A stretch of DNA of 64,000 nt from an uncultured Candidatus Saccharibacteria bacterium (GTDB lineage Bacteria; Patescibacteriota; Minisyncoccia; Phycocordibacterales; Phycocordibacteraceae): NCBI GenBank assembly GCA_964634305.1, contig CAZWLE010000002.1:921-64920 (forward strand). Direction: 5' to 3'. Within the stretch, counting starts at the first letter, position 1, and every line of letters begins with the position of its first letter. The notes under the pieces are model-generated. The model saw nothing but the letters and a program-made list of their open reading frames with translations. It was not told the origin of the DNA and made no database searches. This document shows positions 31,971-41,428 of this stretch, one piece after another. A program made the position numbers and the translations under genes.

Positions 31971-34121
31971 ATGGCATTAAAAAGCGTGGCGCTCTGGACC
32001 GTCCTTGGTGCGTTGTTTATTATCCCGTTCCTCCCTTTATACGTAGCCAGTGACCTATTTTTTCCGTTTATTTCCTCCAAGGGCTTTGCATTTCGCATCA
32101 TTATTGAGCTTGCCGCAGGCGCGTACCTCCTTCTTGCCATTGCCGACAAGCGCTATCGTCCGCGCTGGTCATGGACCCTCGTTATCTATGGAGCGTTTGT
32201 AGCATGGATGTTCATTGCGAATCTCTTTGCTGAGAATGCACACAAGGCATTCTGGTCTAATTACGAGCGCATGGACGGGTGGGTCACGCTCGTCCACGTC
32301 TTCGTTTTCTTTATTATTGCCGGTGCAGTCTTGTCTGCTGACAAACTCTGGAAGCGGTGGTGGCTGACGGTACTTGGTGCCTCTGCGCTCGTATCCGTTC
32401 ATGGTGTCTGGCAGCTCTTAGGATACGCAGAGATTCACCAAGGTGGTGCGCGTCTTGATGCGAACTTCGGTAACGCCATTTACCTGGCGGTGTATCTGAT
32501 GTTCACCATCCTGATTGCGACATGGCAGGCAGTCGTGTCGAAGGGGTGGTTACGATGGTGTCTCATTGCTCTTGCTGCGCTCCAAGTCGTTCTGCTCTTT
32601 GCTACCGCAACTCGTGGTGTGGTACTGGCGCTGTTTGGTGCCTCAATTTTGATGGGCCTTGCATGGGTAGCGACGTCAGCTGCAGGGAAGGGAAAGGTGA
32701 TTGCGGGCGCTGCGGTAGGGCTGTTGCTCGTTCTTGGTGCAGGGTTCTATCTGGTGCGTGATAGTTCCTTTATTCAAAATGAACCCGCGCTCGCACGTCT
32801 TGCAACGGTCTTTAATTCCAACGAACTCACGGTACGTGCAACGCTCTGGAGCATGGCCTTTGAGGGGGCAGCGGAGCGTCCTATTACCGGTTGGGGTCAG
32901 GAAGGTTACAACTTTGTATTCAACACGTATTACAAGCCAACGCTCTACGGTCAGGAGCCGTGGTTTGATCGTGCGCACAATGAATACCTTGATTGGCTTG
33001 TTGCGGGCGGATACCCAGCATTGCTTCTCTTCGTAGCGTTATTGCTCTCGGTGCTATATGCCTTCTTCAAAAAGAAGGATGACCCGGTAGCACGTGTCTT
33101 TTTGGGTGGGGTATTGGTTGCATATGCTCTACAGGCCGTCACTGCTTTTGATAACCTGTTGTCATATATTCTTGCTGCTGCGCTCTTTGCAATGGCGCAC
33201 GATGCGAGTGCGCGCCCCATTCCCGCGCTTGAGCGTGCAGAGGAATCACGTGGAGATACGCTTGCAACCATAGGTGCGCCCGTGGTGCTTGTAGTGACGT
33301 TTGCAGTGGTGTGGTTTGTAAATGTGCCGAACATCAGTGCAGGCACCGACCTTATTCGCGCAGCCGGTGCAAAAGACGCATCTGCAGCTCTTGCTGCGTA
33401 TGAGTCTGCACTGGCGCATGAATCGTTTGCTCGCCAGGAGATACGAGAACAATTACTTAGCTTTGCAGGCAGCATTGCACAGAACGGGAGTATACCGGTC
33501 GAGGTGCGCCAGGCGGCTGTGAAGCTTGCGTTCGAACAGGCAGAGGAAGGGATTGCTGAAGTACCAAACGACGCTCGCGGCCACCTTATGTATGCGCAAG
33601 CACTCCGTCTTGCTGGAAACGGTGAAGGCGCCCTACGTGAAATAGATGCTGCACTTGCACTTTCTCCAAAAAAACAAACGACACTCATGCAGCGCGGAGC
33701 GGCAAAATGGCAGATTAATGATATGGCAGGTGCCGTAGCCGATTTTGAGGCAGCATATAACCTCGATCGTCGTAACAAGAATGCTGCGGGCTATCTTGCA
33801 GCAGGGCGTATTCTTCAAGGCGACGTTGCAGGTGGTAAGGCGCTACTCCAAGAAGTGTATGGCTCAACCGTTGTGGACCTTGATGTGCTGCGTGCTGCCT
33901 ACTTTGAGACGAAGCGCTATGCTGATCTTGTTGAGGTAGTGAAACTTTCGTCGCAGAACGAGCCTGGAAATGTACAGAAGCGTCTCCTTCTGGTACAGGC
34001 GTATGCACTCGCTGGACGCGCTGCTGAAGCGCGCACAGAAGCGGACGCGATTCGTGCAGCGCACCCAGAAGCTGCAGCGACGGTTACCACACTCTTGGTA
34101 CAGCTCGGCCTTTCGAAATGA
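31971..34121 (+). CDS. O-antigen ligase/O-oligosaccharyltransferase (Wzy_C) family protein with C-terminal TPR repeats
   Basis: Polytopic membrane part with FGN..YLA, TATRG, R...W, RPITGWG.E, FDRAHNEYLD; Ala-rich TPR-like helices after about residue 470. Confidence 0.85.
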   Translation: MALKSVALWTVLGALFIIPFLPLYVASDLFFPFISSKGFAFRIIIELAAGAYLLLAIADKRYRPRWSWTLVIYGAFVAWMFIANLFAENAHKAFWSNYERMDGWVTLVHVFVFFIIAGAVLSADKLWKRWWLTVLGASALVSVHGVWQLLGYAEIHQGGARLDANFGNAIYLAVYLMFTILIATWQAVVSKGWLRWCLIALAALQVVLLFATATRGVVLALFGASILMGLAWVATSAAGKGKVIAGAAVGLLLVLGAGFYLVRDSSFIQNEPALARLATVFNSNELTVRATLWSMAFEGAAERPITGWGQEGYNFVFNTYYKPTLYGQEPWFDRAHNEYLDWLVAGGYPALLLFVALLLSVLYAFFKKKDDPVARVFLGGVLVAYALQAVTAFDNLLSYILAAALFAMAHDASARPIPALERAEESRGDTLATIGAPVVLVVTFAVVWFVNVPNISAGTDLIRAAGAKDASAALAAYESALAHESFARQEIREQLLSFAGSIAQNGSIPVEVRQAAVKLAFEQAEEGIAEVPNDARGHLMYAQALRLAGNGEGALREIDAALALSPKKQTTLMQRGAAKWQINDMAGAVADFEAAYNLDRRNKNAAGYLAAGRILQGDVAGGKALLQEVYGSTVVDLDVLRAAYFETKRYADLVEVVKLSSQNEPGNVQKRLLLVQAYALAGRAAEARTEADAIRAAHPEAAATVTTLLVQLGLSK

Positions 34122-35134
34122 TGCTCAAGGAACGTGTGCCTCTCGCTACACTGACGACCTTGAAGGTTGGCGGTGAAGCACGCTACGTCGCGTTTGTAGA
34201 AAGTGAACAGGACGTACATGAGGCGGTGACGTTTGCGCGTGAGCACGACGTTTCGTTCTACGTACTTGGTGAAGGGTCCAACGTGCTCCCAAGTGATGCG
34301 GGATATGACGGGGTAGTAATTGTCATGCGTATCGCTGGTATGGAAACGAGTGAAGAGAAAGGTGTTGTTCGTATACAAGGTGGCGCCGGCGTCTCATGGG
34401 ATGCGGTAGTGCGCGAAGCAGCGGCGCAAAACGCATGGGGTATTGAAAACCTTGCCGGCATTCCTGGCACGCTTGGTGCCGCACCAGTACAAAATATTGG
34501 TGCGTACGGTGCAGAGCTTGCACAGGTTCTTGAAGAAGTGCGAGTGTATGACACAACGTCTGGAGAAGTGCGTACGTTATCTGCTGCAGACTGTACGCTT
34601 GGCTACCGTGATAGTCGATTCAAGCACGATGCATCACTCATCATTATTGGCGTTACGCTCGTCCTTCGTACTGATGCAAGCGCACGACTCGACTACAGTG
34701 ACTTAGCGCGTGCCAAGGAAGCAGGCGAAGACCTGTCGACGCCGGCAAAGATAGGGGACGTGGTGCGCGCGATTCGTGCCAAGAAATTCCCTGACCTTTC
34801 TGAGTACGGGACGGCAGGGTCATTCTTCAAAAACCCGGTCATGAGTGAAGAAGTGTATTCGGCTCTTTCAGAGAAGTATGGCGAAGCACCACGATTTCCG
34901 AACGTGAATGGTGTAAAAGTTCCGCTTGCGTTCATCCTTGATAAAGCACTCGGACTCCGTGGGTTCCGTCTTGGTCCTGCATCTCTCTTTGGCGCACAGC
35001 CACTCGTGCTTGTGGCTGAACGTGGTGCTACCGCACAGGATGTTGATGCGCTTGCCCGCGAAGTAGAATCACGCGTGTATGACGCAACAGGCATTACGAT
35101 TGAACGCGAAGTGCGCACCATGCCGCAGAAATAA
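34118..35134 (+). CDS. murB: UDP-N-acetylenolpyruvoylglucosamine reductase
   Basis: TTLKVGG.A, LGEGSNVL, ENLAGIPGTLGAAPVQNIGAYG, GYRDS.FK, AGSFFKNP, IEREV. Confidence 0.95.
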   Translation: MMLKERVPLATLTTLKVGGEARYVAFVESEQDVHEAVTFAREHDVSFYVLGEGSNVLPSDAGYDGVVIVMRIAGMETSEEKGVVRIQGGAGVSWDAVVREAAAQNAWGIENLAGIPGTLGAAPVQNIGAYGAELAQVLEEVRVYDTTSGEVRTLSAADCTLGYRDSRFKHDASLIIIGVTLVLRTDASARLDYSDLARAKEAGEDLSTPAKIGDVVRAIRAKKFPDLSEYGTAGSFFKNPVMSEEVYSALSEKYGEAPRFPNVNGVKVPLAFILDKALGLRGFRLGPASLFGAQPLVLVAERGATAQDVDALAREVESRVYDATGITIEREVRTMPQK

Positions 35135-35164
35135 TTTCTTTTCGTAAAAAATTATTTGTAAGAG

Positions 35165-35173
35165 TTATCCACA
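35165..35173 (+). promoter_or_regulatory. Single consensus DnaA box
   Basis: TTATCCACA in an AT-rich intergenic region with inverted repeats at 35129-35157 and 35179-35201. Confidence 0.45.
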
Positions 35174-35311
35174 GCTACAACTTTTTTCGTACAAAAAAGT
35201 TTTTTGCGCGCAATAATAGTTTGTAGAACACTTTGTACGAGAAAACATTTCGCAAGAAACATTTTCTCGCACCTAAGTGGGTCGATTATTCGTCATTCTA
35301 ACTATCGCACC

Positions 35312-35386
35312 ATGGCTGCAAAGAAGAAGGCAAAGAAGACCGCAAAGAAGACCACCAAGCGCAAGAAGACCGCTAAGCGCAAGTAG
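35312..35386 (+). CDS. 24-aa Lys-rich basic peptide (MAAKKKAKKTAKKTTKRKKTAKRK)
   Basis: ATG 35312 to TAG 35386; nearly all Lys codons are AAG; an upstream hairpin and an immediate strong terminator flank it. Confidence 0.7.
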   Translation: MAAKKKAKKTAKKTTKRKKTAKRK

Positions 35387-35394
35387 TCCGCTTT

Positions 35395-35430
35395 AACGAA
35401 AACCCCCGCACTCGCGGGGGTTTTCGTTTT
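35395..35430 (+). terminator. Intrinsic terminator after the basic peptide gene
   Basis: AACGAAAACCCCCGC-ACTC-GCGGGGGTTTTCGTT, 15-bp inverted repeat with a T-rich tail. Confidence 0.85.
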
Positions 35431-35448
35431 CTTGTATAGTGCCCTGAT

Positions 35449-37968
35449 ATGGCGAGCTTTCTTGGCCGCATCTTCGCCCAGAACGAATCCGCGGCCTTTA
35501 TAAAGGGTGCGGCCCCTATCGTATCCCGTGCTGCAGCTCTTGAGGCAGAGCTTGAAGTGCTTTCCCGCGATGAGCTTGCGGCTCGTCTCCTCTATATAAA
35601 GGAACGTGTCGGTGGGGTACCTACGGCTGAGGCAGATATTGCAGAGGTGTTCGCCCTGACGCGTGAGGCAGCACGTCGTACCCTCAAGCAGCGTCATTTT
35701 GATGTGCAGCTTATTGGTGGGTTTGCGCTCTCCTCGGGCAAAATCGCTGAGATGCGTACCGGTGAAGGAAAGACGTTGGTGGCAACCTCTGCTGCCGTCC
35801 TTCGCTCACTTTCAGGAAAGGGGGTGCACGTTGTGACGGTGAACGATTATCTTGCTCGTCGCGACGCCGCATGGATGGGGCAGGTATATGACTACCTTGG
35901 CCTTTCGCTTGGTGTCATCACAAGCCAGGGTGCATATCGCTACGACCCGTCGCACGTAGAAGAAGGAGAGGATGAAAAACGTGATGAAGAAGGGTCCTTT
36001 AAGGTGTTCTACGATTACCTTCGTCCCGTTAGTAAGAAAGAGGCGTATGACGCTGATATCACGTATGCGACGAACAATGAGCTCGGCTTTGATTACCTTC
36101 GTGACAACACCGCGTACGAGACCTCACAGATTTCGCAGCGCGGTCATCACTTTGCGATTATCGATGAAATAGACTCGATTCTTATCGACGAGGCACGCAC
36201 GCCGCTTATCATTTCTGGCCCCGCAGGTGATGCGGAAGGACTCTACGAACGATTCTCTGGCATTGTACGTTCCTTTGAGGAAGGTCCTGATTACTCTGTC
36301 GATGAGAAACAGCGTGCTGTGCAGATTACTGAAGACGGTATACGTAAAGCAGAAACAGCCCTGGGTATTGATAATCTCTACACCGAAGGCGGGATGCGCT
36401 ACGCACATCACCTTGAGACGGCCGTGCGCGCGAAGGCGCTCTTTAAGAAAGATAAGGAGTACGTCGTTAAAGACGGTGAAATCATCATCGTTGATGAATT
36501 CACAGGTCGCCTCCAGCCAGGACGTCGCTGGTCAGAAGGGTTGCATCAGGCAGTGGAAGCAAAGGAAGGCGTACCGGTTCGCAAAGAGACCCGCACCTAT
36601 GCGAGCGTGACGTTCCAGAACTACTTCCGTATGTACGAAGGTCTTGCGGGCATGACCGGTACAGGTGCCTCTTCTGAGGAAGAGTTTTATACGGTGTACA
36701 AGCTTGAGGTGGTCGTAGTGCCAACCAACCGTGAAGTAAAACGTATTGACCGTGATGACCTTATCTTCCAGACCGTACGGGGTAAGTACGAAGCCCTCAC
36801 GGCACAGGTAAAAGCACTCCACGAGAAGGGACAGCCGGTACTTATTGGTACGGTCGCGATTGAAGATAACGAAGTAGTGAGTGACGCGCTCCGTAAGGCG
36901 GGCGTACCGCACGAAGTACTGAACGCAAAGAACCACGAGCGCGAAGGAGAAATTATTGCGCAAGCAGGACGAAAGGGTGGGGTAACGGTTGCAACCAACC
37001 TTGCTGGTCGTGGTGTCGACATTAAGCTCGGTGGCGCCACTGCGTCCTCGGAAGAACGAGACGAGGTGGTGTCGCTTGGCGGTCTCTATGTCATTGGTAC
37101 CGAGCGTCACGAGGCACGTCGTATCGATAACCAGCTACGTGGTCGTTCTGGTCGTCAGGGTGACCCCGGCGAGACAAGATTCTATGTCTCTCTTGAAGAC
37201 AAGCTCATGCGTGTCTTCGCTTCCGATATGGTCAAGAACGTTATGGGTACGTTCAAGATTCCTGAGAATGAACCGATTGAGAGCGGGATGATAACGCGCT
37301 CCCTTGAGACGGCACAGAAGCGTATCGAGGGCTTTAACTTCGACTCTCGCAAGCAGGTCTTGGCCTACGACGACGTACTGAACACCCAGCGCCTCACAAT
37401 TTACGCACGTCGCCGCACTGCGCTCCAGGGCACGGCTGATGAAGTAGAAGCAACTATTCGCGCGATAGTGCAGGGCGATGAGGCTGCAGAGAAAGCAATA
37501 GAGGAGAAGCGCGCCCTCTTTGGTGATTCGTTCCCACACGTACTGCGCCGCTTGCTTCTTCAGGTCGTCGATAGTTTCTGGCTTGAGCACCTGGAAACCA
37601 TGGATTATCTACGTCGCTCCGTATCCCTTCGTGCCTACGGTCAGCGCGACCCACTTATTGAATACCGAAAGGAAGGTCTTGCGCGCTTCCACCAGCTTGA
37701 AGCGTCTATTGATACCGCTATTCGCGAAGCGCTCCCTCGCATACGTCCTGCTGATGATGCAGCGGTAAAAGCGCAAGAAGAGAAGACGCGTAAAGCGCTC
37801 CTTGCCGCTTCTTCTGGAAATGGAGAGTCGACCGCACAAGAACCGGTAAAGAAGGCAGATGCACCAGGACGTAACGATACTGTTACTATTCGCAGCGGCG
37901 ATAAGACGATGACTCTCAAGTACAAGAAGGCAGAGCCATATATTGCTGAAGGGTGGGAGCTCGTGTAG
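35449..37968 (+). CDS. secA: Preprotein translocase subunit SecA
   Basis: EMRTGEGKTL, VTVNDYLARRD, GFDYLRDN, IDEIDSILIDEARTPLIISG, TNLAGRGVDI, RRIDNQLRGRSGRQGDPG. Confidence 0.98.
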   Translation: MASFLGRIFAQNESAAFIKGAAPIVSRAAALEAELEVLSRDELAARLLYIKERVGGVPTAEADIAEVFALTREAARRTLKQRHFDVQLIGGFALSSGKIAEMRTGEGKTLVATSAAVLRSLSGKGVHVVTVNDYLARRDAAWMGQVYDYLGLSLGVITSQGAYRYDPSHVEEGEDEKRDEEGSFKVFYDYLRPVSKKEAYDADITYATNNELGFDYLRDNTAYETSQISQRGHHFAIIDEIDSILIDEARTPLIISGPAGDAEGLYERFSGIVRSFEEGPDYSVDEKQRAVQITEDGIRKAETALGIDNLYTEGGMRYAHHLETAVRAKALFKKDKEYVVKDGEIIIVDEFTGRLQPGRRWSEGLHQAVEAKEGVPVRKETRTYASVTFQNYFRMYEGLAGMTGTGASSEEEFYTVYKLEVVVVPTNREVKRIDRDDLIFQTVRGKYEALTAQVKALHEKGQPVLIGTVAIEDNEVVSDALRKAGVPHEVLNAKNHEREGEIIAQAGRKGGVTVATNLAGRGVDIKLGGATASSEERDEVVSLGGLYVIGTERHEARRIDNQLRGRSGRQGDPGETRFYVSLEDKLMRVFASDMVKNVMGTFKIPENEPIESGMITRSLETAQKRIEGFNFDSRKQVLAYDDVLNTQRLTIYARRRTALQGTADEVEATIRAIVQGDEAAEKAIEEKRALFGDSFPHVLRRLLLQVVDSFWLEHLETMDYLRRSVSLRAYGQRDPLIEYRKEGLARFHQLEASIDTAIREALPRIRPADDAAVKAQEEKTRKALLAASSGNGESTAQEPVKKADAPGRNDTVTIRSGDKTMTLKYKKAEPYIAEGWELV

Positions 37969-38011
37969 AGCGCGTATCGCGCACACGGGAAGCGTGGTAG
38001 GGTGATTTTAT

Positions 38012-38992
38012 ATGGCGTTTGTAGACGAGATACGTATTCACGCACAGGCCGGCCACGGTGGTCCGGGCGTTGTGCGTTGGCTCCATATCCGTGGCAAGGA
38101 TAAGGGTGGCCCATCGGGAGGCGACGGCGGTCGTGGTGGTGACATTGTGCTCGAAGGAGTCCGTGACCTCGCCGTGCTCGCAAGCTATCGCTTCACAAAA
38201 AAAGTGCGCGCAGAAAATGGTAAACCAGGAGGCAGCAACGATAAGCATGGTGCCGACGGTGTTCCAACGGTGTTGAAGGTACCTGTAGGTACGGTCGCGC
38301 GCGTCGTGACGACTCGTGAGGAATTTGAAATCCTTGAGGAAGGACAGCGTATCGTCATCTTTAAGGGTGGTCCTGGTGGATACGGGAACGCCCACTTTAA
38401 AAGCTCCACAAATCAGAATCCCGACTCTGCAAAGGAGGGTAAAAAGGGACAGGTTGGGGATATCGAAATCACCCTAAAACTCATTGCTGACGCTGGGTTT
38501 ATAGGGTTCCCAAATGCCGGGAAGTCGTCTCTTTTGAATGCGCTTACCCGCGCTGATTCGAAGGTGGGCGCGTACCCCTTCACCACCCTCGACCCTCACC
38601 TCGGGGACTTCTATGGCCACCTTCTTGCTGACATTCCGGGTCTTATTGAGGGTGCCTCGTCAGGCCGAGGTCTTGGTTCTAAGTTCCTTCGTCACGTAGA
38701 ACGTACAGGTTTGCTTGTACATCTTGTCTCGGCTGAACAAGAAGACGTCGCCGCATCCTATAGGGCCATACGAGAGGAACTTTCTGCCTTTGGTCGCGGT
38801 CTCGCAGAGAAAGCAGAGCTCGTCGTGCTCTCAAAGTCCGACCTTGTGACTCCGGAAGAGCTCGAAGAACGCCGAACGGCGCTCCAAGCTGCGGTAGGGG
38901 AGCGGGAGGTAATCACTCTTTCGGTCATCGACGATGACGCCCTAAAGGCCTTTTCGGACCGACTTGCTCGCTTGCTCGAGACTAAGTCCTAG
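38012..38992 (+). CDS. obgE: GTPase ObgE/CgtA (short form)
   Basis: FVDE, GGPSGGDGGRGG, GFPNAGKSS, YPFTTL.P, ADIPGLIEGA, FLRHVER. Confidence 0.96.
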   Translation: MAFVDEIRIHAQAGHGGPGVVRWLHIRGKDKGGPSGGDGGRGGDIVLEGVRDLAVLASYRFTKKVRAENGKPGGSNDKHGADGVPTVLKVPVGTVARVVTTREEFEILEEGQRIVIFKGGPGGYGNAHFKSSTNQNPDSAKEGKKGQVGDIEITLKLIADAGFIGFPNAGKSSLLNALTRADSKVGAYPFTTLDPHLGDFYGHLLADIPGLIEGASSGRGLGSKFLRHVERTGLLVHLVSAEQEDVAASYRAIREELSAFGRGLAEKAELVVLSKSDLVTPEELEERRTALQAAVGEREVITLSVIDDDALKAFSDRLARLLETKS

Positions 38993-39007
38993 GGCAGGAT
39001 GAGGGCA

Positions 39008-40405
39008 ATGAGCCCCTCCTATCGCCCGACCATAGGACTTGAGATACACGCGGAATTGAAGACGCAGACGAAGATGTTCTGCGCCTCAAAAAACGACCCT
39101 GACGAGGAGCGTCCGAACACCAACGTATGTCCGGTGTGTCTTGCGCACCCTGGTACACTTCCGGTCGCAAACAAAGAAGCGGTTCATCATGTGCTTCGGG
39201 TCGGTACCGCACTTGGCGCAACACTTGCTGACTACACAGAGTTTGACCGTAAAAGTTATTTCTACCCGGATATTCCAAAGGGGTATCAGATAAGTCAGTA
39301 TGAGCACCCGCTTGTTGCGGGCGGTAAGCTCAACGGCGTCGCGATTACGCGGGTACACCTTGAAGAAGACACGGCACGCTCATCACACGCAAAGGATGCG
39401 TCACTCGTTGATTTCAACCGTGCTGGTGTACCGCTTATGGAGTTGGTGACTGAACCGGTTATTCATGATGCAAAGACAGCGGGGGAGTTTGCACGCGAGC
39501 TACAGTTGCTCCTTCGCTCGCTTGGGGTATCCGACGCAAATCTTGAAAAAGGAGAGATGCGCATCGAAGCGAATATTTCTGTCTCAAAAACGGAAGAGTA
39601 TGGAACTAAGGTCGAGGTCAAAAATCTCAACTCCTTCCGTTCAGTTGAACGTGCGATTGAATATGAAATTAGCCGACAGAGCAAATTGATTGAATCGGGG
39701 GGTGCGGTCCAGCAGGAGACCCGCGGCTGGAACGAGGAGAAGCAGGAAACCTTCCATCAGCGGTTCAAAGAAGGCAGTGCAGACTACCGGTACTTCCCAG
39801 AACCTGATTTGCCTAAGCTCGTCATTTCGGAGATTCCAGAATTTGCGCACGATGTGCTGCGTGCCTCAATGCCAGAGCTTCCTTGGGAAAAGCGTGAGCG
39901 ACTCATTGCAGAAGGTATCAACGTTGAAGCAGCAAATATTCTTGTGAGCGATGCTGACTACGGCGCTCTCTACGACGAAGAAATTGCTGGTATCACCGAT
40001 ACTAAAGCCCGCATCGCCGCCGTTAATATACTCATGAGTGATGTACGCGGTAAGAATCCTGACGGTGACATGCTTACAAGACTGCGTGGCGCGTTTACGC
40101 CGGTGATGACGCAGTTTGTAGAAGGTAAGCTCTCATCGACGAATGCAAAGGCTGCTATCACGGACGTTATGGCAGGAAAGAGCGTAGAGGAGGCTCTCGC
40201 CGGCAAAGTACAGGTAAGTGATGAAGGAGCGCTTCTAGAGGCCGTCAGAAAGGTGATTGAGGAGCAGCCTGCAGCGGTAGCGGAGTATCAGGGCGGCAAA
40301 GAGAATGCACTCCAGTTCCTCGTAGGACAGGGTATGAAGGCTACCAAGGGAGCAGGCAATCCAGGTGTTCTGAGGGAGCTTTTCGCGAAGGAACTCGGGA
40401 AATAA
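39008..40405 (+). CDS. gatB: Asp-tRNA(Asn)/Glu-tRNA(Gln) amidotransferase subunit B
   Basis: IGLEIHAEL, CPVC..HPG.LP, RKSYFYPD.PKGYQISQ, DFNRAGVPLMELV, EVKNLNS, YRYFPEPDL. ORF track start is 38999. Confidence 0.97.
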   Translation: MSPSYRPTIGLEIHAELKTQTKMFCASKNDPDEERPNTNVCPVCLAHPGTLPVANKEAVHHVLRVGTALGATLADYTEFDRKSYFYPDIPKGYQISQYEHPLVAGGKLNGVAITRVHLEEDTARSSHAKDASLVDFNRAGVPLMELVTEPVIHDAKTAGEFARELQLLLRSLGVSDANLEKGEMRIEANISVSKTEEYGTKVEVKNLNSFRSVERAIEYEISRQSKLIESGGAVQQETRGWNEEKQETFHQRFKEGSADYRYFPEPDLPKLVISEIPEFAHDVLRASMPELPWEKRERLIAEGINVEAANILVSDADYGALYDEEIAGITDTKARIAAVNILMSDVRGKNPDGDMLTRLRGAFTPVMTQFVEGKLSSTNAKAAITDVMAGKSVEEALAGKVQVSDEGALLEAVRKVIEEQPAAVAEYQGGKENALQFLVGQGMKATKGAGNPGVLRELFAKELGK

Positions 40406-40489
40406 GCCACTAATTCCAAGACATCTCGTCTTGCACAGATTGGTGAAAAGTCTCTTCTAAAAGAGACGAGATATCCTATACTTCAAGGA

Positions 40490-41320
40490 ATGGATGAGCT
40501 TACTATCGATGGGAAAATCTATGTATCGTCTAAACGGGCCGCTGCCATAACCGGGTATGCGAAGGACTACATAGGGCAGCTGTGCCGTGAGGGGCGTGTT
40601 GAAGCGAAATTAGTGGGACGCAGCTGGTACGTATACGAGCCGTCTCTCAAGAAGCATCGCTTTAATGATGAGGAAGAGCAGCCTGAGGTGCCAAAAGCAG
40701 AGACAGCGTGGGGAAGTCTTCCAACAGAAGAGCCAATACCAGCTCCTTCTTCTCCTGAACTATCCGAAAACACTAGTATTCAGGCCGTTTGGGATGCACC
40801 AACCTACGCAGCAGAGGAAGTAGAACCGCTGCCTGAACTTGAGCCAGTCGTTGAAGAACCAGCTCAAGAACCACTTACTGATATGCAGTCAGCGTGGCAG
40901 GAATGGTTTGCAAACCGCCCTGAAGAGGCGCCAGTAACCGAATTAGTGGCAGAAGAGGTTGTAGAAGCTCCTAGAGCTCCTGAAGAGTCAAAAGAAGAAC
41001 CTAAAGAGGCCCCTGTAGCAGAAGCAGTACCGTTGAAGGTCATTGTGAGCGATATACAGCCTGTACGGGAGGAACGTGTAGTACCTGCAGCCCCTGCTGT
41101 GCGAGTAGCGCCAGTAGCATCACCTGTACGTATCCTGCAGAGAAAGACGGTCAAAAAGGGAAATAATCGCCTTATGGAAGCAGCGCTTATCTTGGTTATG
41201 GTGGTGAGTGCATCAATAGCTCTCATTTCAACAGGCGCTATAGAGATGCTTCATGTTGGTGGTACCTCAAGCGTGCCTCCTATCCAATATCTTGAAGGTT
41301 CGATACTGATAGAAAGATAG
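40490..41320 (+). CDS. Membrane-tethered HTH protein (excisionase/HTH_17-like N-terminus, acidic Pro-rich linker, C-terminal TM helix)
   Basis: YVSSKRAAAITGYAKDYIGQLCREGRVEAKLVGRSWYV; about 160 aa of E/P/A low complexity; basic patch then ALILVMVVSASIALI. Confidence 0.75.
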   Translation: MDELTIDGKIYVSSKRAAAITGYAKDYIGQLCREGRVEAKLVGRSWYVYEPSLKKHRFNDEEEQPEVPKAETAWGSLPTEEPIPAPSSPELSENTSIQAVWDAPTYAAEEVEPLPELEPVVEEPAQEPLTDMQSAWQEWFANRPEEAPVTELVAEEVVEAPRAPEESKEEPKEAPVAEAVPLKVIVSDIQPVREERVVPAAPAVRVAPVASPVRILQRKTVKKGNNRLMEAALILVMVVSASIALISTGAIEMLHVGGTSSVPPIQYLEGSILIER

Positions 41321-41395
41321 CCTATATATTGATTATCTCGTCTCGTATAAACGAGTAGCTAAAAATAGCTCAGGTACAGCGAAAACGTACTAAAG

Positions 41396-41428
41396 AGAAA
41401 ACGACCTGAGTAATTCAGGTCGGTTTCT
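41396..41428 (+). terminator. Hairpin downstream of the HTH gene
   Basis: AGAAAACGACCTGAG-TAA-TTCAGGTCGGTTTCT imperfect inverted repeat followed by TATT. Confidence 0.55.

Noticed and set aside
31931-32149. N-terminal extension of the flippase given in the ORF track
   Set aside because: It overlaps the divergent ligase gene; ATG 31930 has a -10-like box and gives a normal Wzx length.
35135-35311. Replication origin (oriC)
   Set aside because: Only one consensus DnaA box and no dnaA/dnaN nearby; the region is better explained as the promoter and leader of the basic peptide gene. GC skew could not be computed.
35204-35311. 60-aa version of the basic peptide from a TTG start
   Set aside because: The extension runs through the AT-rich promoter and hairpin and has a different composition; ATG 35312 is more plausible.
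40490-40670. Excisionase of an integrated element
   Set aside because: No integrase, att-like repeat or tRNA target is visible, and the HTH is fused to a linker and TM helix.
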